Part shown: positions 9,194 to 18,482 of the stretch, one piece after another
How the letters are laid out: each line of letters opens with the position of its first letter
Position numbering within the stretch: the stretch's first letter is position 1
Notes under the pieces: generated by a model
What the model saw: only the letters and a program-made list of their open reading frames with translations
Told to the model about the DNA's origin: nothing
The model's database searches: none
Position numbers and translations under genes: made by a program
Source: an uncultured bacterium
GTDB lineage: Bacteria; Omnitrophota; Omnitrophia; Omnitrophales; Abzuiibacteriaceae
Direction: 5' to 3'
Length of the DNA stretch: 64,000 bases
Assembly: GCA_964387845.1 (NCBI GenBank)
Contig: CAYLXA010000001.1
Location: forward strand, 1 to 64,000

Positions 9194-11203
9194 ATGACAA
9201 ACGCTATCTTCCAGACAGGTTTTTTGATGACGATGTGGGCAGCTGCCGTTTTATCAATCGCCGCCCTGACTGTGGGCGTCAAGCGGCTGAGCGCCATCGC
9301 CCTGTTTTTGATTTTCATGGTGATTGCCGGCTGGGCCTACTTCAGCCAGCAAGCCATGGAACTTATTTTCACGCAAAATGCCGCGCAGCAGTCTTTGCTT
9401 AACCTCGCTTCAATGATTTTGCTTTTACTGCCGCCTCTTTTTTATCATTTAGCCTGCCTCGTGATGCGCAGGTCGTGGACGCTGCGCCTTTCGCTCGGCA
9501 CCATTTATGCCCTGCATCTATTTTTTGTCGGGCTTATTAATTATCGATATGTGCCAGAAGGCGACGAATCGTTCGCGATCCACTTTTGGTTTTTTCAAAT
9601 TTTCCTGTCTGATCTTTACCGCACACTCTTCTTTGCGACTTTCATAGCGGCTATCATCCGCATGGCCCAGTTTCACGTCGAAGTCAACGGGCGACTCCGG
9701 TTCCGGGTCCAGTACCTGCTGCTGTCAATTTTTGTGCTCATCGTCGGATATTTGGGCACACCGGGCTTTAGCAACCTGCTTTTCGGGCTTGATCCGATGC
9801 CGCAAATGCTGCTCGCGTTTCCCTGCTTTGCACTGCTTACTTCTTACGCGATTTTATCCAATGCAACGATGAGCATTCAGCGGGGCACGGTCCGGTTCTC
9901 GATTTTCGCGGCTGTCATCGCCAGTTTCGTCTGGTGCCTGATGACGCTCAGCGCGATTTTGCCGGTCTACGCCGGAAGGCTTGAACTCATCCATCCTTAT
10001 CTGGCGCAAATCCTGGCTGCAGTCATCGTGACCGGTGTTTACATCACCGCATACCGTCTGATTCAAAGTTTGGTTAATAAATTCGCCAAAAAACAAAACG
10101 ACGAGGTCCAAAATACCGTTCTGCAGGTTGCTGCCAAAGCCGCATCCGAAAAGAACCTCACGGAAGCCGTCCGGATTTCGATGGATTTTTTAAGAGATTA
10201 TTTCCGGCTCGACGAAGTAGCGCTGCTTGTTAAAGAGGATGAAAAGGACATTTACACGGTGAAATACTGCCACGGGCTCGATTTCTTCCGGTTGAAGGGT
10301 TTTGAAGTTGCTAAGAGCTTGATCAAATGGCTGAACGACAAGCGCCGCTCTTTTATTTTGAGCGAAGAAATGCAGAACATGACACCTTCGGTTTTTTATG
10401 AACATACTTACACGCTGCGCGATTTAAAATTGGAAGCATGCCATCCGCTGTTCATTAAAGAAGTGTTGGGCGGAATTGTGCTTTTGGGTTTCAAAGAGAA
10501 ACGGCAAATTTATACGCAACGGGATCTGAATCTCATCACCATCATGAGCACCATCCTGGCTTCTATTATCGAAAACCAACGGCTGCTGGGCCAGGCAGTC
10601 ACGGATGGTTTGACCGGCCTTTTCCATCAGAAATATTTCAAGGCCCGCCTGGGCGAAGCGCTTGAGCGCAGCAATCATAATAAATCCGAGCTGGCTTTAA
10701 TTTTGCTCGATATTGACCACTTTAAAAAGCTGAATGATACGCAAGGGCACTTGGCCGGTGACCGGGTCCTTCAGGGCATTTCGAAAACACTGCAGGAAAC
10801 CGTCCGTTCAAACGACATTCTCGCCCGCTACGGCGGTGAAGAATTTGCGGTTTTTATTTACAGGCCTTATGCGGGCAACCAAGTCGAAAAACACGACCTT
10901 TTGACCGCCGCGGAACGGCTTGCCGAAAAAATGCGCGTGAATGTGAAGGACAAGAAAATCCTCTACAACGACCGCCTTCTACAGGCAACCATCAGTGTCG
11001 GCGTTGGCTTTAAAGACCCCGGCGAAACCAATCTTTCGGTTCAGGAACTCATTGAAAGAGCGGATCAAGCGCTTTACCACGCCAAACGGCACGGACGCGA
11101 CCGGGTTGCCATTGCCACGCGGTTCGGGATCCGCATTGAAGAACCTTCTATTGAGCCGCCCGACACCGATCCTTTCTCTAAAAATCCGGGCCCCAACGTT
11201 TAA
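9194..11203 (+). CDS. Membrane-anchored sensor diguanylate cyclase (multi-TM N-terminus, GAF, GGDEF)
   Basis: 'RYGGEEFAVFIY' GGEEF active site. The domain is preceded by a GAF-like region and an N-terminal hydrophobic domain of about 7 TM helices. Confidence 0.85.
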   Translation: MTNAIFQTGFLMTMWAAAVLSIAALTVGVKRLSAIALFLIFMVIAGWAYFSQQAMELIFTQNAAQQSLLNLASMILLLLPPLFYHLACLVMRRSWTLRLSLGTIYALHLFFVGLINYRYVPEGDESFAIHFWFFQIFLSDLYRTLFFATFIAAIIRMAQFHVEVNGRLRFRVQYLLLSIFVLIVGYLGTPGFSNLLFGLDPMPQMLLAFPCFALLTSYAILSNATMSIQRGTVRFSIFAAVIASFVWCLMTLSAILPVYAGRLELIHPYLAQILAAVIVTGVYITAYRLIQSLVNKFAKKQNDEVQNTVLQVAAKAASEKNLTEAVRISMDFLRDYFRLDEVALLVKEDEKDIYTVKYCHGLDFFRLKGFEVAKSLIKWLNDKRRSFILSEEMQNMTPSVFYEHTYTLRDLKLEACHPLFIKEVLGGIVLLGFKEKRQIYTQRDLNLITIMSTILASIIENQRLLGQAVTDGLTGLFHQKYFKARLGEALERSNHNKSELALILLDIDHFKKLNDTQGHLAGDRVLQGISKTLQETVRSNDILARYGGEEFAVFIYRPYAGNQVEKHDLLTAAERLAEKMRVNVKDKKILYNDRLLQATISVGVGFKDPGETNLSVQELIERADQALYHAKRHGRDRVAIATRFGIRIEEPSIEPPDTDPFSKNPGPNV

Positions 11204-11294
11204 TCCTCTTTTTACCTGTCCAAACTGGTAAAACACAAAGTCATACGGCATACTTTTAATAGTAAATGCAGATTAGGAAAGCGTATGAATTTTC

Positions 11295-12419
11295 ATGCCG
11301 CCAAAAGGAGTTCTGTCATTTAAACTTGTCGTGTTATTGGCTTCGGCTGTTTTCGCAGGCTGCAGCGTGGCGCCCAAATCCCCCATCTCCCTTCTTGACC
11401 TGCTTTCAAAACCGGACTCCGGTGAGCATCAAACCTATCGCGGCGTTTTTCATATTCACAGCCGTTATTCACACGATTCTTCGGGATCCGTTTCAAGCAT
11501 CATTAAAACCGCTCGGAAAAACAAACTCGATTTCGTTGTCGTGACCGATCACAACACGACAGAAGCAAAAACCGATCCGGCAGCGGTTCGGCATAGCGGC
11601 TCGCCGCTTTTAATTGTCGGAAGCGAACTTTCGACCACGGACGGCCATCTCATCGCGCTCGGCACTGATCAGAAATTTGAAGATCCGATCAATCCGCAAA
11701 CGGCGATTGATATGATCAAACAAAGCGGCGGATTTTCGGTTTTGGCGCATCCCGTTTGCGACAAATCCTACTGGAAAAATTGGGAAGTCCGGAATTTCGA
11801 TGCCATGGAAGTTTATAATCACGCCTGTGATTTTTATGATGCCAACAAATTCGGCTTTGTGATGAAAACGGTTTTGTTTTCACCGGACCTATTCGCCAAA
11901 TTCATCGTCCGCGAGCCGCGTGAAGCGCTTGGAAAATGGGATACGCTGATGCTCGAACGCGGGCGCGTAATTTCCGCGGTTGGCGCACTCGATGCGCATG
12001 TCCGGTACCGCATTTTGGGATTTCCGCTCATGCGCTACAGCAACGCTCTTCAAATTGTCACGCTTTATGTGCCCGCCAAATCGCTGTCTGAGCAGGAAAT
12101 TTTGCGGAATCTTGCGGCCGGCAACTCTTATTTCGCATTTGAATCGCAGGGCAATGCCGCCGGATTCAAATTTCAGCTCCGGAGCGCTTCGCAAATTTAC
12201 GGCATGGGCAGCACTGCAGAGTCCGAAGCGCCTTTGATGCTGGCGGTTCAGCTTCCCAAATCGGCGGAAGTACGCATCATACACAACGGAAAAATGATCA
12301 AAACGGCATATGCTTCAATCTTTTCGATGGATATTCCGGGTCCCGGCATTTACCGGGTGGAGGTTTTTGAACGTGGAAAAATGTGGATTGTTTCTAATCC
12401 GATTATGGTTCAAGCGTAA
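11295..12419 (+). CDS. PHP-family metal-dependent phosphoesterase, lipoprotein
   Basis: 'VFHIHSRYSHDSSG' and 'DFVVVTDHNT' PHP His motifs. A lipobox-like 'VFAGCSV' follows the signal peptide. Confidence 0.6.
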   Translation: MPPKGVLSFKLVVLLASAVFAGCSVAPKSPISLLDLLSKPDSGEHQTYRGVFHIHSRYSHDSSGSVSSIIKTARKNKLDFVVVTDHNTTEAKTDPAAVRHSGSPLLIVGSELSTTDGHLIALGTDQKFEDPINPQTAIDMIKQSGGFSVLAHPVCDKSYWKNWEVRNFDAMEVYNHACDFYDANKFGFVMKTVLFSPDLFAKFIVREPREALGKWDTLMLERGRVISAVGALDAHVRYRILGFPLMRYSNALQIVTLYVPAKSLSEQEILRNLAAGNSYFAFESQGNAAGFKFQLRSASQIYGMGSTAESEAPLMLAVQLPKSAEVRIIHNGKMIKTAYASIFSMDIPGPGIYRVEVFERGKMWIVSNPIMVQA

Positions 12420-12441
12420 GCCAACGCGCCGCTCAGCGCAA

Positions 12442-13479
12442 ATGATGAGCGCGTGCCTGGCTTTATGCCTCGCGCTCACTTCATGCACAATTTGGCACCC
12501 GATTCTCCCGAGCCAGGATCCGCCGCCGAAACTACCGCCTCAGATTCTAAATTATTATGATTATCCGAAAGCGCCTTACGAATCCGAAGTCATCGAAGAA
12601 AAAGAAGAAAAGAATTACATTTTCAGACAGGTTGAAATCCCGCTTCATTTACCCGAAGACGCGCAGCTGAAACCGCTCGAAGAGTGGAAGCGCGAATATC
12701 ACGACATCAAGCCCACCAATGAGAAAGGTGCGCGCGACCTGAAGCTTCATTTCGTGAACCGGCTGGATATTTATCTGCCGAAGAAAAACCGTCAAAAACG
12801 CCCGCTCATCATCATTTCGCCGATTTTGGGCGGCAACATGGTCGTCGATATCTTCGCGAAATATTTTGCGAAACACGGTTATGTGGCGGTGATCGTCAAC
12901 CGTAAAAAGTCTTTTTACGACGAATCGTTGGGCGGCACGGAGCAAGTTGAGAAATATTTACGCAGCTCCGTCATCCGTCTTCGCCAAGCCATTGATTGGC
13001 TCGAGGTGCAGCCGGAGGTTGATCCGGACCGGATCGGCGCATTCGGCATCAGTTACGGCGCAGTCTTGCACAGTATTTTGGCGGCCATGGAGCCGCGCAT
13101 CAAAGCACACATCCTCGCGATGCCTGCAGGCGACCTGCCGGATGTCATTATGGACTGCCCTGACGGCGGTGTCCGCAAACTCGTCAAACACGTGGAAAAA
13201 ATGGGCTGGTCGCGCGAGAAAATTTATTATTCGCTAAAAGACACCATTCGGACCGATCCGATGCGCTTTGCGCCTTATGTTGATAAAAACCGAATTATGA
13301 TTTTTGCAACACTCTTTGACCGCGTGGTCGGAACTTCGCGCATTTTTAAATTATGGAACGAAATGGGGCGTCCGAAACTCAAAACCATGCCGGTCGGTCA
13401 TTACGGCGCGCTGCTGGTTTACCCCTACCTCGAGTGGGCTTCCCTACGCTTTTTCAAGTCCCGCCTGAAAGTCGTTTAG
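12442..13479 (+). CDS. Alpha/beta-hydrolase (dienelactone hydrolase/S9-like) lipoprotein
   Basis: Lipoprotein signal 'LALTSC'. The 'GISYGA' GxSxG nucleophile elbow follows a beta-strand, and His is near the C-terminus. Confidence 0.55.
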   Translation: MMSACLALCLALTSCTIWHPILPSQDPPPKLPPQILNYYDYPKAPYESEVIEEKEEKNYIFRQVEIPLHLPEDAQLKPLEEWKREYHDIKPTNEKGARDLKLHFVNRLDIYLPKKNRQKRPLIIISPILGGNMVVDIFAKYFAKHGYVAVIVNRKKSFYDESLGGTEQVEKYLRSSVIRLRQAIDWLEVQPEVDPDRIGAFGISYGAVLHSILAAMEPRIKAHILAMPAGDLPDVIMDCPDGGVRKLVKHVEKMGWSREKIYYSLKDTIRTDPMRFAPYVDKNRIMIFATLFDRVVGTSRIFKLWNEMGRPKLKTMPVGHYGALLVYPYLEWASLRFFKSRLKVV

Positions 13480-15916
13480 CAAAGACTCAAAATTGAAGTG
13501 ATGGTACTCGGTTTCAGAGGCCGGCAATTCATCGGTGGCATTCGCCACCCAAAATTCGGGAAATTGATACACCACACTTTGAATATTGGAGTCGGGCGCA
13601 ATTGCCTGCGCGATTTTTCTCGCGATTTCGGGGTCAATTTTTCCGTAATTTTCGATCACAAGCTCGCCTTGCTTTTTGTAGCGTGTTTCATAAGCGCTTC
13701 CGGCCGGAAATTCGAGACCGGGCTTTTTGGGATTGCCTTTCGCGCAAGTCTGCAGATCGCGGACCTGCTGGTCCATCGCCGCATCAGCTCTCAAAAGCGC
13801 GTTTTCAATCGGCATTCCGTAGCTCGCTGCTTTTTCCTTCGGATCATTGTCACGAAAAACCTGAAAGTGATTCGCAGTGGTTTCAATAGCGACAGCTTCT
13901 TTTTTCTTCGCATCTGCAATCATATAATTGAAGCCGCTCGTCCGCGGATTGAGCGTAATGATTTTCTCCGCCGTTTCCAAAGAATCGGCGTTCTGCAGAA
14001 TGCGTTTTAAGAGAAACGGCATCGGCGTTCCTTTGAACGTTTCATCAACCGAATCAGAGCCGACTTGTCCGACCGAAATTCCCTGCTGATTCACGCCCGA
14101 TAAAACGCCCGTAAAGCCGTAATAACCGATGTTCGCGTACGGAATTCCGTTGTCGGGTTTATGGACCATGATAGCCGCCAATCGGTGAACGCCGATGTCT
14201 TTGACCCAATCGAGGTTGCGGATGTGGATTAATTTTTCGCCTTTCGTGGCTTTTCCGAAATAAACGCCGTTGGCACAGAACGATTCGATGTAATCCGGGA
14301 TCGCGTGCAGCCGCTTCACTTCTTTGAATGAAAGTCCTGAGCCGTCGGCAAGACCTTTCATTTCCATCAGTTCACCATATGTCACATAAGGCGCCATCTT
14401 TTTCCAGGCGCGGTTCAGGCGCCATTTCAGAATCCATTTCGAAATGCCCGGAACATAAAGCAAGCGGTTGAGGTAACGGCTGATTTGTTTGTCTGCGGCC
14501 CGGATTTCTTTTTTCATAAGACTTCCGTGCTGAAACCCCATTTCATACGCGCTGCCGTGTAAATACAAAACAGGAATTAGGCCATCGCGGACCAAAATTC
14601 CCTCTTTTGATTCTTTTTTCGAAATTGAATTGAGCAAGCGGTCAAAAGTTTTGTAGAAAAAGAGGTCAAATTTTTTTCCGTAGAAACTCGCGCGGGATTC
14701 ATACTGAGAAGAATCCAAGTAATAACGCTCCGGAATCACGTAGCCCAAGTAATCGTTCGCGTAACCGATTGCAAGCAGCATCAGCTTGCGTGCGTTCATG
14801 AGATTCTCGATTTCGAGCCCAACCTGCGAAGAAGCTTCCGCCGGAAGCGCCGCAAAACCGAGCTCGCCCATTCGGAAAACTTGAAATTCCGATCGGCGCG
14901 GGAAAAACCGGTTTCCGATGACAGGCGGAACACGCAAAAATGATGCGCGCAGCTTGACGCGCGGAAGCCTTGTGCGTTCGTGCGCCGATTTCCATTCGCC
15001 GCTTGCATCCACTTTTTTGAACTGGATAGACTTGATCTTGCTTTTGACGGCTTCTGCATAGAGCTTCATCTTTTTTTCAGGATAATCGGAATCAATACCA
15101 CTCGGGCGCAAATCACCGGAAGCGCCCTGCGCAAACAGTGCGACTGATCCGGGATTCTCGGTTTCCAAGAGTTTCGCGAGCTCGCCGGCGTAATCGGCCG
15201 AAAAATGCCGGTTCATTTTTTTGAGAATGGTTGGATGAGCGCCAAAAAGAACGATTTGAGAAACCAGCCCGTGACCTTCACCGTAAAATCTCACGGCTTT
15301 TACAAGTTCGGGGACTTCAATTTTCTCATCCATCCGGTTTTCAATCAATTCACCCGCATCGATTTCACCGTACTCGATGCGTGAGACTTGCGTTTCATTT
15401 TGAACCGCGAGCACGATGCTTTCTGCAATTTTGTCGGTCGTGAATTCAAAGACCTTGCGGTCAAATCCGCCGCCGATGAACCTTTGCCAGAACCGGCTGC
15501 CGATGGCACCTGTTCCCGAATGCGTGTGCGTCGCGAATATCATCACATGCGATTCAGAAAGGTGCCTGGCACCATTTTGGGCGCCTGGCACCGTCTGGGC
15601 GTTCACTTTTTTGACAACGGATTTTTTCAAATTGGAATCAATGAGGAGAAGATCCGCCGACACAAACACAAACGTTTCTCCGTCTTTTGTAACACTCAAG
15701 GCTCTTGAAAATAGCGGATCGAGAACACCCTTAGACGGCTTTCCGCCCCGCTTACCGTATCCGGCAAGCGGCGTCCCGATGGGCGGCGTAATCTCAATTT
15801 TGGCCGCACCGGCAAAAATCTGGCTCTCTTCGGCAAAAGATTGCTCAGGCAAGCACAATAAGACAAGCAATAGAAAAATGTATATGACGCTAGGACATTT
15901 TAACAACGAAGACATC
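13444..15916 (-). CDS. Secreted two-domain amidohydrolase: neutral/alkaline ceramidase N-terminal domain fused to a peptidase C45 (acyl-CoA:6-APA acyltransferase-like Ntn hydrolase) domain
   Basis: Signal peptide 'KCPSVIYIFLLLVLLCLPEQSFA'. 'AAKIEITPPIGTPLAGYG' and 'ATHTHSGTGA' match the ceramidase family. The C-terminal half ('FCANGVYFG...IRNLDW...IGYYGFTGVLSGVNQQGISVG') matches C45. The ORF track's upstream extension to 16218 is rejected. Confidence 0.55.
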
Positions 15917-16187
15917 GACGAAACCGCGTCTGGAGGCTGCCCGAGCATGGTGGCAAGAATGGGCTTCTCATCCAGCACCGGCACTCGAGCCGCTCCTGCG
16001 GCGCCTCGGTGCCTTCGCTCTCGCTCTTGGGACTTCGCCTTCGGCGAAGACCAAGCTCCCAAGAGCTCCGAGAGATGCTTCTTGAGAAGCCCATTCTTGC
16101 CGAGGGCAGCTGGAAGTCGAGTGAGGATTTCTCGCTGGGAAATCCGAGCGTCGGTAGAGTCGATTGTCTGAGTTAAGTTAAAATGTC
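15894..16187. repeat. GC-rich ~300-nt repeat element with terminal inverted repeats (copy X); overlaps the start of the amidase gene
   Basis: It begins 'gacattttaacaacgaagac' and ends 'gttaaaatgtcc'. It is alignable at roughly 60-65% identity along its length with 59085-59386, with shared blocks (cgcgtctgRagg, ggaagtcgagtgaRga, gagcgtcgg, gtctgag). Confidence 0.6.
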
Positions 16188-16299
16188 CAAAAAGGTCCTT
16201 TTTTATCTGATCGGCCATCTGAAGTTCCTCGCCTTAAAATAGTGCCATCTGTTTTGCTCATCTTCAAGCGGCTTTAAGCCAAACTTCTCTTGTGTTACA

Positions 16300-17160
16300 A
16301 TGCCCGCCATGAAAAATCAGATTCATCCCACAGCCATCATCGGCAAAAAGGTTGATTTGGGCGAAGCGAACGAAATCGGCCCGCATGCCATTATTGAAGA
16401 CGGCGTCAAACTCGGCTCGGCCAACAAGATTCTCGCCAATGCCTACATTTCATCCGGAACCGAATTGGGCAACAATAACGAAATCCACATGGGCGCCATC
16501 GTGGGCCATGCGCCGCAGGATGTGGCTTACAAAGGCGCCAAAACGTTCACTAAAATTGGCGACTCCAATATCATCCGCGAATACGCCACCATTCACCGCG
16601 GCACGAAAGAAGGCACCGCAACCATCATTGGAAACCACAATTTCATCATGGCGAATGCGCATATCGCACACAACTGCGTGCTCGGCAACCGGATCATCAT
16701 GGTGAATATGGCTTCACTCACCGGCCATTGTGAGGTGGAGGACATGGCGTTTCTCTCCGGCATGACGGGCTTTCATCAATTTACGCGCATCGGAACCCTC
16801 GCCATGGTGAGTGCGCTTTCTGCGATCAACAAAGACATTCCGCCCTACATGATTTGCGGCGGACGGCCGGGCGTGATTCAAGGGATTAACGTGGTGGGAT
16901 TAAGGCGCGCCGGAATTTCGCAAGCGATTCGCACGGAAATCAAAGAATCTTACCGGTTACTTTACCGTTCGGGGTTAAATGTAGAACAAGCTCTGAAAGA
17001 AATCGAAAAGAATTTCAAATCCAAAGAAGTCGCTCACCTCACCAGCTTCATCCGCTCCTCGAAGCGCGGCATCTGCGCCGGGCAAAAAGAGGGACTGGAA
17101 ACACTACTCTCCAAAAAAGGCAGCTCCGCTGGAATTCTGGAAGACGAAGAAGAAGTTTAA
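16300..17160 (+). CDS. lpxA: Acyl-ACP–UDP-N-acetylglucosamine O-acyltransferase
   Basis: Left-handed beta-helix hexapeptide repeats and strong colinearity with E. coli LpxA ('HPTAII', 'NAHIAHNCVLGNR', 'DIPPYMI', 'YRLLYRSG'). Confidence 0.85.
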   Translation: MPAMKNQIHPTAIIGKKVDLGEANEIGPHAIIEDGVKLGSANKILANAYISSGTELGNNNEIHMGAIVGHAPQDVAYKGAKTFTKIGDSNIIREYATIHRGTKEGTATIIGNHNFIMANAHIAHNCVLGNRIIMVNMASLTGHCEVEDMAFLSGMTGFHQFTRIGTLAMVSALSAINKDIPPYMICGGRPGVIQGINVVGLRRAGISQAIRTEIKESYRLLYRSGLNVEQALKEIEKNFKSKEVAHLTSFIRSSKRGICAGQKEGLETLLSKKGSSAGILEDEEEV

Positions 17161-18395
17161 ATTTTTCCGATTACAAGAATTGAGTTTTTGCCGCCGAAGC
17201 CGAAGGAATTTTTCATCGCGATGTTGATTTTCGCAGGGCGCGCCTTGTTCGGCACGTAATCCAAATCGCATTCAGGGTCCGGCGTCCCGTAATTAATTGT
17301 AGGCGGCAATGTTTGATTCTCGATGGCGAGCAAAGTCGCAATCAATTCCACGCTTCCGGCCGCACCGATCAAATGCCCGACCATGGATTTGGTTGCGCTC
17401 ACCGGAATTTTCTTCGCGTGATCACCAAACACTTGCTTAATAATCAGTGTTTCGGTTTTGTCATTGAGAGGCGTTGAAGTGCCATGCGCGTTGATGTAAT
17501 CGATTTTGTCAGGCGTGACACCTGCAGTTTTAAGCGCAAGCTGCATCGCGCGAGCCGCTTCTCTGCCGGCCGGATCAGGACTTGTCATATGATATGCATC
17601 GCAAGTCATTCCGCTGCCCAAAACTTCGGCGTAAATATGTGCGCCGCGCTTTTTAGCGTGTTCATATTCTTCAAGAAACATCATGCCCGCACCTTCACCG
17701 AGCACAAAGCCATCACGGTCCCGGCTGAAAGGCCGCGACGCCGTTTCCGGCGCATCATTGCGGGTTGATAGAGCGCGCGCCACGCAAAATGCGGCCAAAA
17801 TTCCGGGATACATCGAAGCTTCAGCACCGCCCGTCAACATGAAATCCGCCGTACCGTTCCGAATCGCTTCCGTCGCGAAACTCACGGCGTCAGACGCTGA
17901 CGAACACGCGGTTGAAACTGAATAACTCGGGCCTGAAATTCCAAATTCGATCGAGACCTGAGATGCGCACGCATCCGGAAACGATGCAAGCGCCGTGTAA
18001 GGGCTGATGCGCATCGGCCCTTTTTCCATCAAAGTTGTGTGCTGATTGAGAATGTAGCCGTGTCCCGCCATCGCGGTTCCGATGATCACGCCCGTACGTT
18101 CGCGGGCCCCATTTTCACCCGGATGAAAACCCGCGTCTTGAACAGCCATCTTGGAACACGCGACCGCAAATTGGGACGTGCGGTCCATGCGCTTCACTTC
18201 TTTGTGTTCGACGTACTGGAGAGGTTCAAAGTTTTTAACTTCGCCACCAAATTTGGTGGTGAAATCGGAAGTGTCGAAAGCGGTAATGGGAGAAACGCCT
18301 GAGCGGCCGTTTTTGAGCGCGTCCCAAAATGCGTCTTTGCCGATGCCATTACAGGCAACGACCCCGATTCCGGTAATGACTACGCGGCGTTTCAC
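17157..18395 (-). CDS. fabF: 3-oxoacyl-ACP synthase II
   Basis: 412 aa KAS II. Active-site Cys is in 'SVSTACSS'. His/His are in 'NAHGTSTPLND' and 'KSMVGHLIGAAG'. Confidence 0.9.
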   Translation of the reverse strand: MKRRVVITGIGVVACNGIGKDAFWDALKNGRSGVSPITAFDTSDFTTKFGGEVKNFEPLQYVEHKEVKRMDRTSQFAVACSKMAVQDAGFHPGENGARERTGVIIGTAMAGHGYILNQHTTLMEKGPMRISPYTALASFPDACASQVSIEFGISGPSYSVSTACSSASDAVSFATEAIRNGTADFMLTGGAEASMYPGILAAFCVARALSTRNDAPETASRPFSRDRDGFVLGEGAGMMFLEEYEHAKKRGAHIYAEVLGSGMTCDAYHMTSPDPAGREAARAMQLALKTAGVTPDKIDYINAHGTSTPLNDKTETLIIKQVFGDHAKKIPVSATKSMVGHLIGAAGSVELIATLLAIENQTLPPTINYGTPDPECDLDYVPNKARPAKINIAMKNSFGFGGKNSILVIGKI

Positions 18396-18482
18396 GATAT
18401 GAAAAACCTTTTTGGGTTACGCGAAAAGCAAGCGGACGATCTCCAGACCTTCTTTCAGCACGTGTCGCCTAGTACAAGAAAA

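Noticed and set aside
15917-16218. The ORF track extends the secreted amidase 100 codons upstream (MADQIKKDLF...).
   Set aside because: The extension lies entirely inside the GC-rich repeat element, has no homology, and precedes a textbook signal peptide. The real start is taken as the Met (or TTG) immediately before KCPSVIYIFLLLVLL.
16300-17160. Wondered whether the isolated lpxA (no lpxC/lpxD/fabZ neighbours) might be a hexapeptide acyltransferase paralog instead.
   Set aside because: Colinearity with LpxA extends through the C-terminal helical domain (DIPPYMI...YRLLYRSG), which generic hexapeptide transferases lack.
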